From Candidatus Gottesmanbacteria bacterium RIFCSPLOWO2_01_FULL_42_22 (GTDB lineage Bacteria; Patescibacteriota; Microgenomatia; 2-02-FULL-39-11), in contig MFJU01000042.1 of assembly GCA_001779315.1 (NCBI GenBank), positions 747-64,746 of the forward strand: DNA of 64,000 nt, given 5' to 3'. A program made the position numbers and the translations under genes. A model generated the notes under the pieces. It had not been told where the DNA came from, searched no databases, and was given only the letters and a program-made list of their open reading frames with translations. Each line of letters opens with the position of its first letter. Position 1 is the first letter of the stretch. Below are positions 16,876 to 26,727 of the stretch, one piece after another.

Positions 16876-18087
16876 TTATAGCTCGCACTGAGTTTCGGCT
16901 TCGGCGCTGCAGGTATCTGTCGCTGCGCCGCCGTTCGCATAGTCGCTGCCCTGTTGACCGTCAAGCATATCGTTGCCTGTCTCGCCTTTGAGAGAATCAG
17001 ACCCGATGCCTCCCCAAAGATCATCATTGCCCGCATTGCCGTTAAGCGCGTCATTCCCATCTTCTCCGTATAAGTCATCCTGACCGGCGTTTCCGCTAAG
17101 ACTGTCGCCGTCAGTTCCTCCCAGGATGACATCGTTACCTGCGCCTCCTTTTAAATCATCGCCTCCGGTTCCCCCGACAATACAATCATTACCGCCATTG
17201 CCATTGACGATATCACTGCTGCCTTTGGCTAATATCAAATCAGGTCCACCCGTACCGTTGAGTATTTCGCTTCCGTTTGTACCTTCGATTAAATTATAGG
17301 CAACAGATTGGTTGCACTCTAAAGGTACCGGGAATGGGTTAATCGGATCCGCTGTAACTTTAATATGGTAAGGATTTATCGCATCATTGCTCCAGGCGGA
17401 TTCGTCAGGAGAAGAGTTTTTTGCCTTCACCCGGAGGTAATAATCACCGGGTGGCGTCCCCGGTGTCGGAATTTCAGAAGCAGATAACCAACCGCTTAGA
17501 TATACGGAACTTGTGTAAATGGCATCGGAAAAAGCTTCATATTGATACTCAAAAGGCGGGTTAAAGCCTGTAGAATCCGTCCAATCAACTTTTATTAAAG
17601 CAGATTGTGTAACAGTTACTCCGTTTCCGGGAGTGTGTATTAAAGGAACGGAAACTCCTTTTGTAATACTCCAAGTGCCCGTTCTGGTGCCGCCGAAATC
17701 ATCCGTCCAAGTACCGGAAACTGTTCCATCAGGAGCTACAGTACCTGTCATACTCATTATTGTTCCCGCTGCGCCCAAATCATAAGCAACGGTAAGACTA
17801 AGTGTATCTGCTGTTTGCGTACCGGAGGTGACATTCCAATGGAAAGTATCTCCGCCGCTTGCCGGAAATCCTCCGTCCCCGGTAACAGTTGTTGAGCTCT
17901 GGGCTAGTGTCGCATGATGAACGTAAGGTGTAGCCGATAGATCTCCATCCAGAAAAAAGGTGATTTCGTAATTGCCCGTCACATTCCAGGGTGCTACAGC
18001 AGTAGCTGATATGGCAAAATTAACAAGAAGCAAAACTGAAGCTATAAAAACGGTAAAAAAAAGTTTTATTTTATTCATATTTATCAC
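16876..18087 (-). CDS. secreted calcium-binding protein with RTX-like GGxGxD repeats
   Basis: N-terminal signal peptide; C-terminal tandem GNGGNDCIVGGTGGDDLKGGAGNDVILGGTDGD repeats. Confidence 0.6.
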   Translation of the reverse strand: MINMNKIKLFFTVFIASVLLLVNFAISATAVAPWNVTGNYEITFFLDGDLSATPYVHHATLAQSSTTVTGDGGFPASGGDTFHWNVTSGTQTADTLSLTVAYDLGAAGTIMSMTGTVAPDGTVSGTWTDDFGGTRTGTWSITKGVSVPLIHTPGNGVTVTQSALIKVDWTDSTGFNPPFEYQYEAFSDAIYTSSVYLSGWLSASEIPTPGTPPGDYYLRVKAKNSSPDESAWSNDAINPYHIKVTADPINPFPVPLECNQSVAYNLIEGTNGSEILNGTGGPDLILAKGSSDIVNGNGGNDCIVGGTGGDDLKGGAGNDVILGGTDGDSLSGNAGQDDLYGEDGNDALNGNAGNDDLWGGIGSDSLKGETGNDMLDGQQGSDYANGGAATDTCSAEAETQCEL

Positions 18088-18121
18088 CTCCTTTCAACAG
18101 AAATTATTGAGTGTCATTGCC

Positions 18122-18156
18122 AAAAAAAAAGACAACCGGAGGTTGTCTAAAGATAC
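18122..18156 (-). terminator. rho-independent terminator-like hairpin on the minus strand
   Basis: Minus-strand GACAACCTCCGGTTGTC followed by T9 (plus strand A9 at 18122-18130, hairpin at 18131-18147). Confidence 0.45.
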
Positions 18157-18295
18157 GAGCAGTAAAGCAATTTCATAGGCAGGCCTGATATATTATACGA
18201 TTGCCTTCTTTATCACTGTCAATCCCGTCAATCGATATATTTTTGTATATTACAAATATCTTACCCCATAATTCCTCGATGCGGAACATTTTGCA

Positions 18296-18360
18296 GAAGA
18301 AAATAAATGGCAGGTACTTTCAGATAATTTTAAGAAAACAAAGACTAACGCAACAGTTCC
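18296..18360 (+). pseudogene. relic of the C-terminal domain of the 4869-6032 paralog family
   Basis: Nucleotide similarity of 18296-18350 to 5873-5930; encodes AEENKWQVLSDNFKKTKTN vs EEEKKWQEFADNFKKTNTS; no intact ORF. Confidence 0.4.
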
Positions 18361-18899
18361 CGGAGTGTATTTTGGTTTTCAGGTGTAATAAGTTCCATAA
18401 GTCTGTTCAAATCCCGGTCATTTAGATTAATTGCCTGATTAAAAAACAATTGGAGTGTCAAGGCGCTTACCGCTATTGAAACATCAGTCAGGACAAGGCA
18501 AATGATTGCCGCATTTCTGTCATTAAAACTTCGTTCTCCGAAGAAGAAATACTTAATAAAATAGAAAAGTCCAAAAGGAGGAAAAATACACTCACCATAT
18601 ATGCTTTTAAATGGTTTGTTTTACTTTTTAACTTTTGCTGCTGATTGTTAAGTTCCAGAATGGCTGCCAAATCGTCAGGACCGAGCGCTTCCTTATTTAT
18701 GACGGTTGTATTCTCCGGCATTGTTTTTTTAAATCAGTTTAATAGTATACCCTTAAAAATTCTATCAGTTGACTTTATCTTTAGCCAGTATCTTATGAAT
18801 ATGGAAAAAAATAAATAAAAAAAGCATAGGGAGAAGTAAAACGGTGATATTTCAGCATATTTTCAGGAAGTAACTGATAAAAATAATTAAGACTACCAT

Positions 18900-19964
18900 A
18901 TGGACAGGCGTTTAGTAATTATTTATCTTATGGCTATTGGAATACTTGCCGGTATTACGGCTTATAATCGTTTTTTCAAATACGCTTCTAAGTCTAGTAT
19001 AGCTTTGGACCAAAATGCCCAACCGGCAGAACCCGGTGGGCTAATAAATGAACCCAACCCGCTTTCAATTGAATACATGCGGGGGCAGGCATATCCGGGG
19101 AGCGGCATTGACATAGAACAAACACTGCCATCCGGGACAAATTACAATAAGTATATTGCTTCTTACAATTCAGACGGTTTGAAGATTTACGCATTGCTTA
19201 CGGTGCCGCAAGGGGAAAAGCCCAAAACCGGCTGGCCGGTCATTATTTTCAATCACGGCTATATCCAGCCGGAGCAGTACCGGACAACCGAGAAATATCT
19301 TGTTTACACCGATGCTTTTTCCCGAAATGGATATATTCTGTTTAAACCTGATTACCGAGGACATGGAAATTCAGAAGGAAAACCGGAGGGAGCGTATTAT
19401 TCTTCGGCATATACAGTTGATGTATTAAATGCTGTTTCTTCGGTGAAAAAATATAAAGATGCTGACCCGGAAAGAATCGGCATGTGGGGACATTCAATGG
19501 GTGGAATGCTGACTTTAAGGTCGATGGTCGTCACCAAAGATATTAAAGCCGGTGAAATCTGGGCCGGAGTTGTCGCTTCGTATCAAGATTTAACCAATAA
19601 TTGGCATCACCCGGATCTTAATCCTCGACCTTTTGTTCCTTCCCAGAGAGAACAGGCGGCCAGAGGGCCGGGAAGACAGGTTCTCGTTGACAAATACGGC
19701 AGCTTTGAAGCAAATCCCCAGTTTTGGCAGTCCATCTCGCCCATAGCGTTTGTCAAAGATATTTCCGGCCCCGTCCAGCTCCAGCATGGGACTATCGACG
19801 ACGAAGTTCCGCTTCTTTTCAGCCATAAATTAGATGAAGCGTTAAGAAGGGTCGGCAAGCCTGTAGAACTATATACTTATGAGGGAGACGACCATAATCT
19901 TTCCAATAGTTTAAGTACCGCCTTAAAAAGGTCAGTTGATTTCTTTGATAAATACCTCAAATAA
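18900..19964 (+). CDS. alpha/beta hydrolase (S9 peptidase / esterase-like)
   Basis: GHSMGG nucleophile elbow and DDHN near the C-terminus; N-terminal TM or signal. Confidence 0.65.
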   Translation: MDRRLVIIYLMAIGILAGITAYNRFFKYASKSSIALDQNAQPAEPGGLINEPNPLSIEYMRGQAYPGSGIDIEQTLPSGTNYNKYIASYNSDGLKIYALLTVPQGEKPKTGWPVIIFNHGYIQPEQYRTTEKYLVYTDAFSRNGYILFKPDYRGHGNSEGKPEGAYYSSAYTVDVLNAVSSVKKYKDADPERIGMWGHSMGGMLTLRSMVVTKDIKAGEIWAGVVASYQDLTNNWHHPDLNPRPFVPSQREQAARGPGRQVLVDKYGSFEANPQFWQSISPIAFVKDISGPVQLQHGTIDDEVPLLFSHKLDEALRRVGKPVELYTYEGDDHNLSNSLSTALKRSVDFFDKYLK

Positions 19965-20075
19965 AACGATATATGAAAACAATGCAAGTACTTTTTTACT
20001 CTTTCATCTAGCGGTTTAATCTTCAAAAAATACAGGCAATCACTCTAGGGTTGGGACCTCTGATATAATTTCCTC

Positions 20076-20498
20076 ATGAATGCAAAATCCCCAAAAGCTG
20101 GTCTAAACATACTTATCCTAAAAAATAAGCAAGTATTATTGGGTTTATTAACCAAAAAATGGCTATATCATGGTAAACAGGTATTTGGAGTTCCGGGCAG
20201 AGATTTGCATTTTAAGGAAACAATCGGAAATGGTGTCAAGAGAAATATTAAAGACGAATTAGGTGTAGCAGTGACAACTTATGAAATAATCAGCGTCAAT
20301 GCCAACTATGAATATGGAAATCACTATATCGGTATTGGAGTCGTTGCGAAGATTAAAGGCGAAATTAAACATCTAAAAAAAGAAGACTGGGAAAAATGGC
20401 AGTGGTTTGATATAAATCAGATCCCGGATAATTTATTTCCGGATGCCAAAAACCTGATAAAATGCTATTTGGAAAATAAAGTTTGCGTGGCTTACTAA
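20076..20498 (+). CDS. NUDIX hydrolase
   Basis: Nudix box G..DLHFKETIGNGVKRNIKDELGV. Confidence 0.55.
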   Translation: MNAKSPKAGLNILILKNKQVLLGLLTKKWLYHGKQVFGVPGRDLHFKETIGNGVKRNIKDELGVAVTTYEIISVNANYEYGNHYIGIGVVAKIKGEIKHLKKEDWEKWQWFDINQIPDNLFPDAKNLIKCYLENKVCVAY

Positions 20499-20561
20499 CA
20501 ACAGATTTTCCATTCCGGATACAGGAAAATCATCGTGAAAAAGTGATGACTGAATAAAAAT

Positions 20562-21272
20562 ATGATATCTGTAGTTATTCCTGCCTATAATGAAGAAAAA
20601 TATATTTCAAATTGTCTGGATTCAATAGTTCGTCAGGAATCTGCTCAAAACCTGGAAGTAATTGTTGTGGATAATAATTCCACAGATAATACTCTTAAGG
20701 TTATACAAAAATTCAGAGACAGATTAAATCTTAAAATAGTTATTGAAAAGAAAAAAGGCCGAGGTGCTGCCAGAAGCCGGGGATTTCAGACAGCAAAAGG
20801 AGATATAATTCTTGGTACAGAAGCTGATACTATAGTCCCACCTGATTGGATAGAAGAATTATCCAGCAAATTAATTGATAAAAATGTCGTAGCTGTTACC
20901 GGACCGTGTAAATTTGAAGATTGTTCTTTATTAATAAAAATTATTATGAACCAGTTTCAACCGTTTGGAATGGTTTTATACAGAGTTTTATTCGGCTATT
21001 ATTGGTTGAGTGGATTTAACTTTGCCATAAAAAAATCAGCCTATTTAAAATCTGGAGGATTTAATCCGGAATTAAATACTTTTGATGATATAGAGTTAGG
21101 TGAAAAAATAAAAAGATTCGGTAAAGTTGTATTCATCAGAAATACACCGGTAATAGTATCAGGAAGAAGATTTAAAAAGGGATTATTTGAAGGATTATCT
21201 TCATATTTTAAACCGTTTATTGAGTATTCCTTATTCCATAAAAAATCAGTCTCTTTGGATGATCCTAGATAA
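20562..21272 (+). CDS. family 2 glycosyltransferase
   Basis: ISVVIPAYNEEKYI...VIVVDNNSTD. Confidence 0.7.
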   Translation: MISVVIPAYNEEKYISNCLDSIVRQESAQNLEVIVVDNNSTDNTLKVIQKFRDRLNLKIVIEKKKGRGAARSRGFQTAKGDIILGTEADTIVPPDWIEELSSKLIDKNVVAVTGPCKFEDCSLLIKIIMNQFQPFGMVLYRVLFGYYWLSGFNFAIKKSAYLKSGGFNPELNTFDDIELGEKIKRFGKVVFIRNTPVIVSGRRFKKGLFEGLSSYFKPFIEYSLFHKKSVSLDDPR

Positions 21273-21328
21273 AAGTGATTAGCTTAAGTAACCCAGTGAC
21301 GATCTCAATATGATAAACTGGAATTGGG

Positions 21329-21793
21329 ATGAGGAGTTTATTTATATTTCTTTTTATACTGACGTTTCCTCTCTTTTTTAAACCTCCGGCAATTCAGGCT
21401 CAAATTTATACTACGGAAAAGCTGATTACCGTTGATTTGGGATCACAGACTCTGACTGCCTGGGAAGGAGGCAAAATCCAGCATCAAACCAGAGTCTCAA
21501 CAGGCATGAAATTGACTCCGACAGTCAAAGGCAGTTTTAAGATTTATTTGAAATACCCCGTCAAAGATATGAAAGGGCCATCCCCTTATAAGAAAATTTA
21601 TCCCAGCGGCAAATATCATCTGAAAAATGTCCCTAACATCATGTATTTTTACCAAGGGTATGCCATTCACGGAGCATACTGGCATAATAATTTCGGAAGG
21701 GTAGCCAGCCACGGCTGTGTCAATGTGCCCCTGTCTTCAGCCCAGTGGCTCTTTAATTTTGCTTCCAATGGTACCAGAGTCGAAATCTTCTAA
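21329..21793 (+). CDS. L,D-transpeptidase (YkuD domain)
   Basis: Signal peptide; HGAYW...ASHGCVNV catalytic motif. Confidence 0.75.
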   Translation: MRSLFIFLFILTFPLFFKPPAIQAQIYTTEKLITVDLGSQTLTAWEGGKIQHQTRVSTGMKLTPTVKGSFKIYLKYPVKDMKGPSPYKKIYPSGKYHLKNVPNIMYFYQGYAIHGAYWHNNFGRVASHGCVNVPLSSAQWLFNFASNGTRVEIF

Positions 21794-22018
21794 AGGAAAT
21801 AATATATCCTATAGTCTTATTGACTTCCGGGAGCGGCTAAGGTATACTTGACTTAATTAACAAACAGATTTAAAGTAATTAATCTGTTTAAATTGGAATT
21901 GGTTTAACGAATCCTAAGATAAAGATATCCTATTTTTTCCTTCTTTATATCTTTCTTCTTTTTTTAAAGCAACTTCACGATTTAGGCAGATTTATTAGTT
22001 TAAATTTTTCAATATATT

Positions 22019-23218
22019 ATGTTTAACAGACCATTCTCCCGGGGAAAATTCCGGAAATACCAAAAATTCCATTCAAACAGGCGTCTGTCAAACGGACACA
22101 ATCAGCGCTCTAAAAAAACGGTCAACCCGTCGCTTTATATCAGTAAAGCCGATATCGCTCCGGCAGAAGAAATGGCTGCAGTTAAAAATAAATTCACTGA
22201 TTTCCGGATAGATCAAAGGCTGAAACAGAATATTTTCAACCGGGGCTATTCAATTCCCACACCGATTCAGGACCAGGCGATACCGCATATACTTTCCGGC
22301 CGCGATGTTATCGGCATTGCCAATACCGGAACGGGCAAAACAGCCGCTTTTTTGGTGCCGCTTCTTAATAAAATGATACAGCGAAATAATGAAAAAGCGC
22401 TGGTTGTGGTGCCGACCAGGGAGCTGGCCGTGCAGATAAATAGCGAACTGAAGTTTTTTTCCAAATCACTGAATATATTTTCCGTACTGGTTATCGGTGG
22501 AGCCAGCATAAACCGTCAGTTGTCGGAACTGCGGAGAAACCCCCATTTTATTATCAGCACCCCCGGCAGACTGAAAGATTTGGTCAACAGGCAATTTATT
22601 GATCTGGGTTCATTTCAAAATATAGTTCTTGATGAAGTCGACAGAATGGTCGATATCGGTTTTATCAATGAAATTAAATTTATAATTTCCCGATTGCCCA
22701 AAGTCAGACAGTCTCTGTTTTTCTCAGCTACAGTTCCGATTGAGGTGTCCAATATTATTCACTCCTTTCTGCGTAATCCCGTGACGGTTTCTGTAAAAGT
22801 GACGGAAACAGTCAGGAGTATAGATCAGGATATAATCCGCTTTAAAAACAAGGAAGATAAGATTGAAAAACTGCAGGAATTGTTGCGCCGGGAGGAATAT
22901 AAAAAGGTTTTGGTTTTCGGCAGGACAAAATGGGGCGTGGAAAGATTGTCCAGACACCTTTCCGAAAACGGTTTTTCAGTGGCCTCCATTCACGGCAATA
23001 AAACTCAAAACCAAAGATTGAAAGCGCTCAACCTTTTCCGCTTAAACCAGCTGCAGGTACTGGTGGCGACCGATGTCGTGGCCAGAGGCATGGATATAGA
23101 AGATGTTTCCCATGTGGTCAATTATGACGAGCCGGAATCCTACACGGATTATGTCCACCGCATAGGCAGAACCGGCCGGGCCAATAAATCCGGCAAAGCC
23201 CTGACCTTTGTCGGATGA
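22019..23218 (+). CDS. DEAD-box ATP-dependent RNA helicase
   Basis: Q-motif PTPIQ, Walker A ANTGTGKT, DEVD, SAT, ARGMDI and HRIGRTGRA motifs. Confidence 0.85.
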   Translation: MFNRPFSRGKFRKYQKFHSNRRLSNGHNQRSKKTVNPSLYISKADIAPAEEMAAVKNKFTDFRIDQRLKQNIFNRGYSIPTPIQDQAIPHILSGRDVIGIANTGTGKTAAFLVPLLNKMIQRNNEKALVVVPTRELAVQINSELKFFSKSLNIFSVLVIGGASINRQLSELRRNPHFIISTPGRLKDLVNRQFIDLGSFQNIVLDEVDRMVDIGFINEIKFIISRLPKVRQSLFFSATVPIEVSNIIHSFLRNPVTVSVKVTETVRSIDQDIIRFKNKEDKIEKLQELLRREEYKKVLVFGRTKWGVERLSRHLSENGFSVASIHGNKTQNQRLKALNLFRLNQLQVLVATDVVARGMDIEDVSHVVNYDEPESYTDYVHRIGRTGRANKSGKALTFVG

Positions 23219-23236
23219 CAGCTCATCATCTGTAAA

Positions 23237-24412
23237 TTACTTATTTCCTTTTTTCCAATGGTTGATTTCTATATGGGATTTAATTCCTGTTGAATTATTA
23301 AGAATTTGTTCCCGCCAGTCTTGAGCATTTTTAATCGACTCAATTCTTGAATCCAGAAGTAAATCCAATTCTTTTCCCTGTTGGTTTCTATTAATTATAC
23401 AAACATACTCATTATCCCAAATACCAAAATCTTCTTCCGTAGATAAAGTTTTAAAAACATCATATTTTATAAACCTGACTTTGATACAGGCCTTAAGATC
23501 CAATTCTATCTGTTTTTGTAAAACTTTCCTGTTCAGATCATTAATACTCTTGATAATAAAAACCCGGGTAAAATCCACTCCGCGCATTCGAGCTTTTCTG
23601 CCGCTGGTAAAATAATCACTTTCCGGATTCCACTCTTCAGAGTTGGAAACAAAAGTGGCAAAACCTGATTTACTGATATTCATAAAGTGAAACCTGCCTT
23701 CAGCCTGGCCTTCCTCCGGGGTGATGGTCATATATTTTCTGCTGGAATTAATTATATTTTCCACGAGGGAGTGTTTACTTCTCCCTAGAATATAGCGTTG
23801 GTACAAATCCAAATCCAGTCTGGTAACACAAAGGTCAAATACCAATGGGAATTCATTTAAATTTGCTTCGGAATTCAAATGTCCGGCCCGTCTTACAAAA
23901 ATTGGTGAACTTTCCATTACTTTGGCAAAGTGTAAAGCCCGCCGCGATTCAATGTACGGATCATTATCCGAATATAGAACATATGAAGTCGAAACAAGAT
24001 TAACCAATTCTTCAAAATCAAAATCAGTTTTATAAAAAGTCGAATTTACTAAATCATATTGCCAGGGTATCAAATTTAATTTATCTAAACAGGGAGAAAC
24101 AAAAATAGCGCAGTCCAATTTTATTTTATGTTTCGCTAAAACATGCAAAATAAAAAGATTTCCCAAAGAATGGCCGATAAAACAGATTTTTCCAGTCTTT
24201 GATAATTGAGGCAAAACTACTTTTTCGAAAGTTTTCATCCATGAATTCAGGTTTTGTTTACTTTTTGATTTTTTTGTGATTTCACTGAAGTTGTCGACCG
24301 GATATTGGGGGCAAATCACCTGCTGTCCCATATCGGATAATTTTTTTTTAAGATCCGGAAACCAGTTACCTTCTTTTGAACCTAATGAACCGTGAAATAT
24401 AACAAATTGCAT
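23237..24412 (-). CDS. serine hydrolase (RBBP9/YdeN-like) fused to a C-terminal domain of unknown function
   Basis: N-terminal FIGHSLGN nucleophile motif; about 200-aa unrecognised C-terminal extension. Confidence 0.5.
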   Translation of the reverse strand: MQFVIFHGSLGSKEGNWFPDLKKKLSDMGQQVICPQYPVDNFSEITKKSKSKQNLNSWMKTFEKVVLPQLSKTGKICFIGHSLGNLFILHVLAKHKIKLDCAIFVSPCLDKLNLIPWQYDLVNSTFYKTDFDFEELVNLVSTSYVLYSDNDPYIESRRALHFAKVMESSPIFVRRAGHLNSEANLNEFPLVFDLCVTRLDLDLYQRYILGRSKHSLVENIINSSRKYMTITPEEGQAEGRFHFMNISKSGFATFVSNSEEWNPESDYFTSGRKARMRGVDFTRVFIIKSINDLNRKVLQKQIELDLKACIKVRFIKYDVFKTLSTEEDFGIWDNEYVCIINRNQQGKELDLLLDSRIESIKNAQDWREQILNNSTGIKSHIEINHWKKGNK

Positions 24413-24555
24413 ATAATTTATAAGCGGTATTTAGCATATTATACAAAAACTGACATCAGTACACATAATCCCGGAGTGAATTCCCAATTTCTTAAACTTT
24501 TCTAACATTTTATTAAGTCTTGACTGAATTAAGCGGAATATATTAATATCCATCT

Positions 24556-24723
24556 ATGGATTTATTTGCCGCTTTGGCTGATCCCACCAGACGTCACATT
24601 ATTGAAATACTGGCCGGCAAAGACCAACTGTCCGCCACGGAAATCTCAGACAGATTTAATATGTCACCGCCGGCTGTCTCCCAGCATTTGAAAGTCTTTA
24701 GGGAAACCGGATGAAAGGAGCTG
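24556..24723 (+). pseudogene. truncated ArsR/SmtB-family HTH regulator (55 codons)
   Basis: MDLFAALADPTRRHIIEILAGKDQLSATEISDRFNMSPPAVSQHLKVFRETG then stop; roughly half the normal length. Below the track's 60-aa cutoff. Confidence 0.5.
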
Positions 24724-24730
24724 ATTACCC

Positions 24731-25240
24731 ATGACGGAAACGAACGGAATTGTTATTGAACGGATTTTTAACGCACCCCGCGAATTGGTTTGGAAAGCCT
24801 GGACGGATCCGGAAACGGCCAAAAAATGGTGGGGTCCGAAGGATTTTACCGCACCAAGCATCAAAATAGATTTGCGGGAAGGCGGAAAATATGTTTTTGC
24901 CATGCACGGACCGAAAGGCAGTGAGTGGGATAAGGACATATACAGCGCCGGTGTCTATAAGAGAATCATCCCAAATGAAAAACTGGTGGTAACCGACTAT
25001 TTTTCGGATGAGAACGGCAATATGATCTCACCCGCGGATTCGGGATTGGAAGACCCCGATTTCCCCACGGAATCTACAGTCACAGTCTTATTTGAAGATA
25101 TCGGAGGCGGCAAAACCATGTTGTCGATAATTTACCCGAAACCGGAATCGGAAAAAGAGTTCCAGGCTATGCTGAAAAGCGGCATGAAGGATGGCTGGAA
25201 TTCATCCCTGGACAAACTGGTCGCTATTTTGGAAAGTTAA
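24731..25240 (+). CDS. SRPBCC-superfamily protein (AHSA1/Aha1-like)
   Basis: IVIERIFNAPRELVWKAWTDPE; classic ArsR-SRPBCC pairing. Confidence 0.65.
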   Translation: MTETNGIVIERIFNAPRELVWKAWTDPETAKKWWGPKDFTAPSIKIDLREGGKYVFAMHGPKGSEWDKDIYSAGVYKRIIPNEKLVVTDYFSDENGNMISPADSGLEDPDFPTESTVTVLFEDIGGGKTMLSIIYPKPESEKEFQAMLKSGMKDGWNSSLDKLVAILES

Positions 25241-25312
25241 AAAAATTATAAGAGAAAATTGTATGTAAAAAATTGTTCCCCATAGATGAAATTGATAAGG
25301 AGGTGAACGGAT

Positions 25313-25747
25313 TTGATAAAGCTGAATACTTATCTGAACTTTGCCGGCAATACGGAGGAAGCCATGAAATTTTACCAGTCGGTTTTAGGGGGAGATCTGA
25401 CCCAGATAGTCCGCTTCAAGGATATGCCGATTGAGGGGGTGAAAATTCCCAAGACAGATGGAAATAAAGTGATGCATATGGGATTAGCTTTCGGAAACAA
25501 CCAGATGCTGATGGCAACAGACACTCTCGAGTCTCTGGGACAAAAACTTATTCCGGGCAACAATTTCTATATTTCAATCCATCCGGAGAGTAAAAAAGAG
25601 GCGGATCGGATTTTTAAGGCACTCTCTAAAGGAGGCAAAGTGGAAATGGCTCTGTCCGATCAGCTGTGGGGTGACTACTACGGTAGTTTTAAAGACAAAT
25701 TCGCTGTGCAGTGGATGGTGAATTACTCATATCCGAAAGAGAAATGA
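25313..25747 (+). CDS. VOC/glyoxalase-family protein (PhnB-like)
   Basis: MIKLNTYLNFAGNTEEAMKFYQSVLGG N-terminus typical of the PhnB-like VOC fold; Shine-Dalgarno AAGGAGG upstream. Confidence 0.6.
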   Translation: MIKLNTYLNFAGNTEEAMKFYQSVLGGDLTQIVRFKDMPIEGVKIPKTDGNKVMHMGLAFGNNQMLMATDTLESLGQKLIPGNNFYISIHPESKKEADRIFKALSKGGKVEMALSDQLWGDYYGSFKDKFAVQWMVNYSYPKEK

Positions 25748-25788
25748 CCAAGAGCTAAGTTGACAAGCCTGGCTGATAATTTTAAGCT

Positions 25789-26727
25789 TTGTCTATAATG
25801 AAAAAAAGAAAAAAAAGATCCAGTCCAAGATTTGTCTTTTCCAAAACATTTTATTATTTGGGAGGCGGGGCACTTTTATTGATTCTTATCTCTATTTTTA
25901 CCAATAAAGCAAAACCTGCCTATCTAACCCGGCAGGATTTCCTATCTTCCGGTCAAAATGTCCTGGGTGAGGAAGAAAAGAAGGATGAGGAGGAAAATGA
26001 AGATAAAGAGGATGAAAAGCTGAAAGCCGGCGGCTCTTCAGGTAAGAACGGCACTCTGGAGTTGAAGACTCAGGATACCGGCAACGGTAGGGAGACAGAA
26101 ATTGAAACGGAAGACGGGCAGAAAATCAAAACCAAGGTCGAAGATGACGGCAGTTCAAAAATCGAAATCGAACACAATGATTATAAGATTAAATATGAAT
26201 TACAGAACGGCCAAGTCGTTACTAAAACCGAAGACGGAAAGGGAGAGGAAGTAGAGCTGGAAAATGAGGAAATGGAAGATCTGGAAGATGAAGTTGAGAA
26301 CGAATTGGAGGATGACGGTATTAAAATTGCCACTGAGGGATCCGGCAGGCTTACTTTTGAAGACAGCCGGATTTCCGCATCCACCAACTTTCCACTCTCA
26401 ATTGATGTGGGTACAAAACAGCTCGTTGTTAATACTCCTGCCGGTCAAAAAATAGTAACTGTTTTACCTGATGAGGCTGTTAACAATTTATTAATGAGCG
26501 GTATTATCAGCAAGTTAAATAACCGTATAAAAACAAAGGCTAATCTTGAGTTTAAAATCAGAAATAACGAACCGGTTTATGAAATAGACGGGTTAAAAAC
26601 ATACCGCCTTTTTGCCCTTATTCCTGTTTCAAGACCATTGTTGGTGGTCGTATCATCTGAGACAGGAGAAGTCATAACTACCGAAAAATCATTCCTGACC
26701 AACGCCGTAGACTTCCTGTCCCCTTGA
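25789..26727 (+). CDS. secreted acidic (Glu/Asp/Lys-rich) protein
   Basis: N-terminal TM or signal; long low-complexity acidic region. Confidence 0.4.
   Translation: MSIMKKRKKRSSPRFVFSKTFYYLGGGALLLILISIFTNKAKPAYLTRQDFLSSGQNVLGEEEKKDEEENEDKEDEKLKAGGSSGKNGTLELKTQDTGNGRETEIETEDGQKIKTKVEDDGSSKIEIEHNDYKIKYELQNGQVVTKTEDGKGEEVELENEEMEDLEDEVENELEDDGIKIATEGSGRLTFEDSRISASTNFPLSIDVGTKQLVVNTPAGQKIVTVLPDEAVNNLLMSGIISKLNNRIKTKANLEFKIRNNEPVYEIDGLKTYRLFALIPVSRPLLVVVSSETGEVITTEKSFLTNAVDFLSP

Noticed and set aside
16842-17132. 96-aa minus-strand ORF
   Set aside because: It lies in an alternate frame, fully inside the RTX-like gene 16876-18087. It is a shadow ORF from the GC-rich repeat region.
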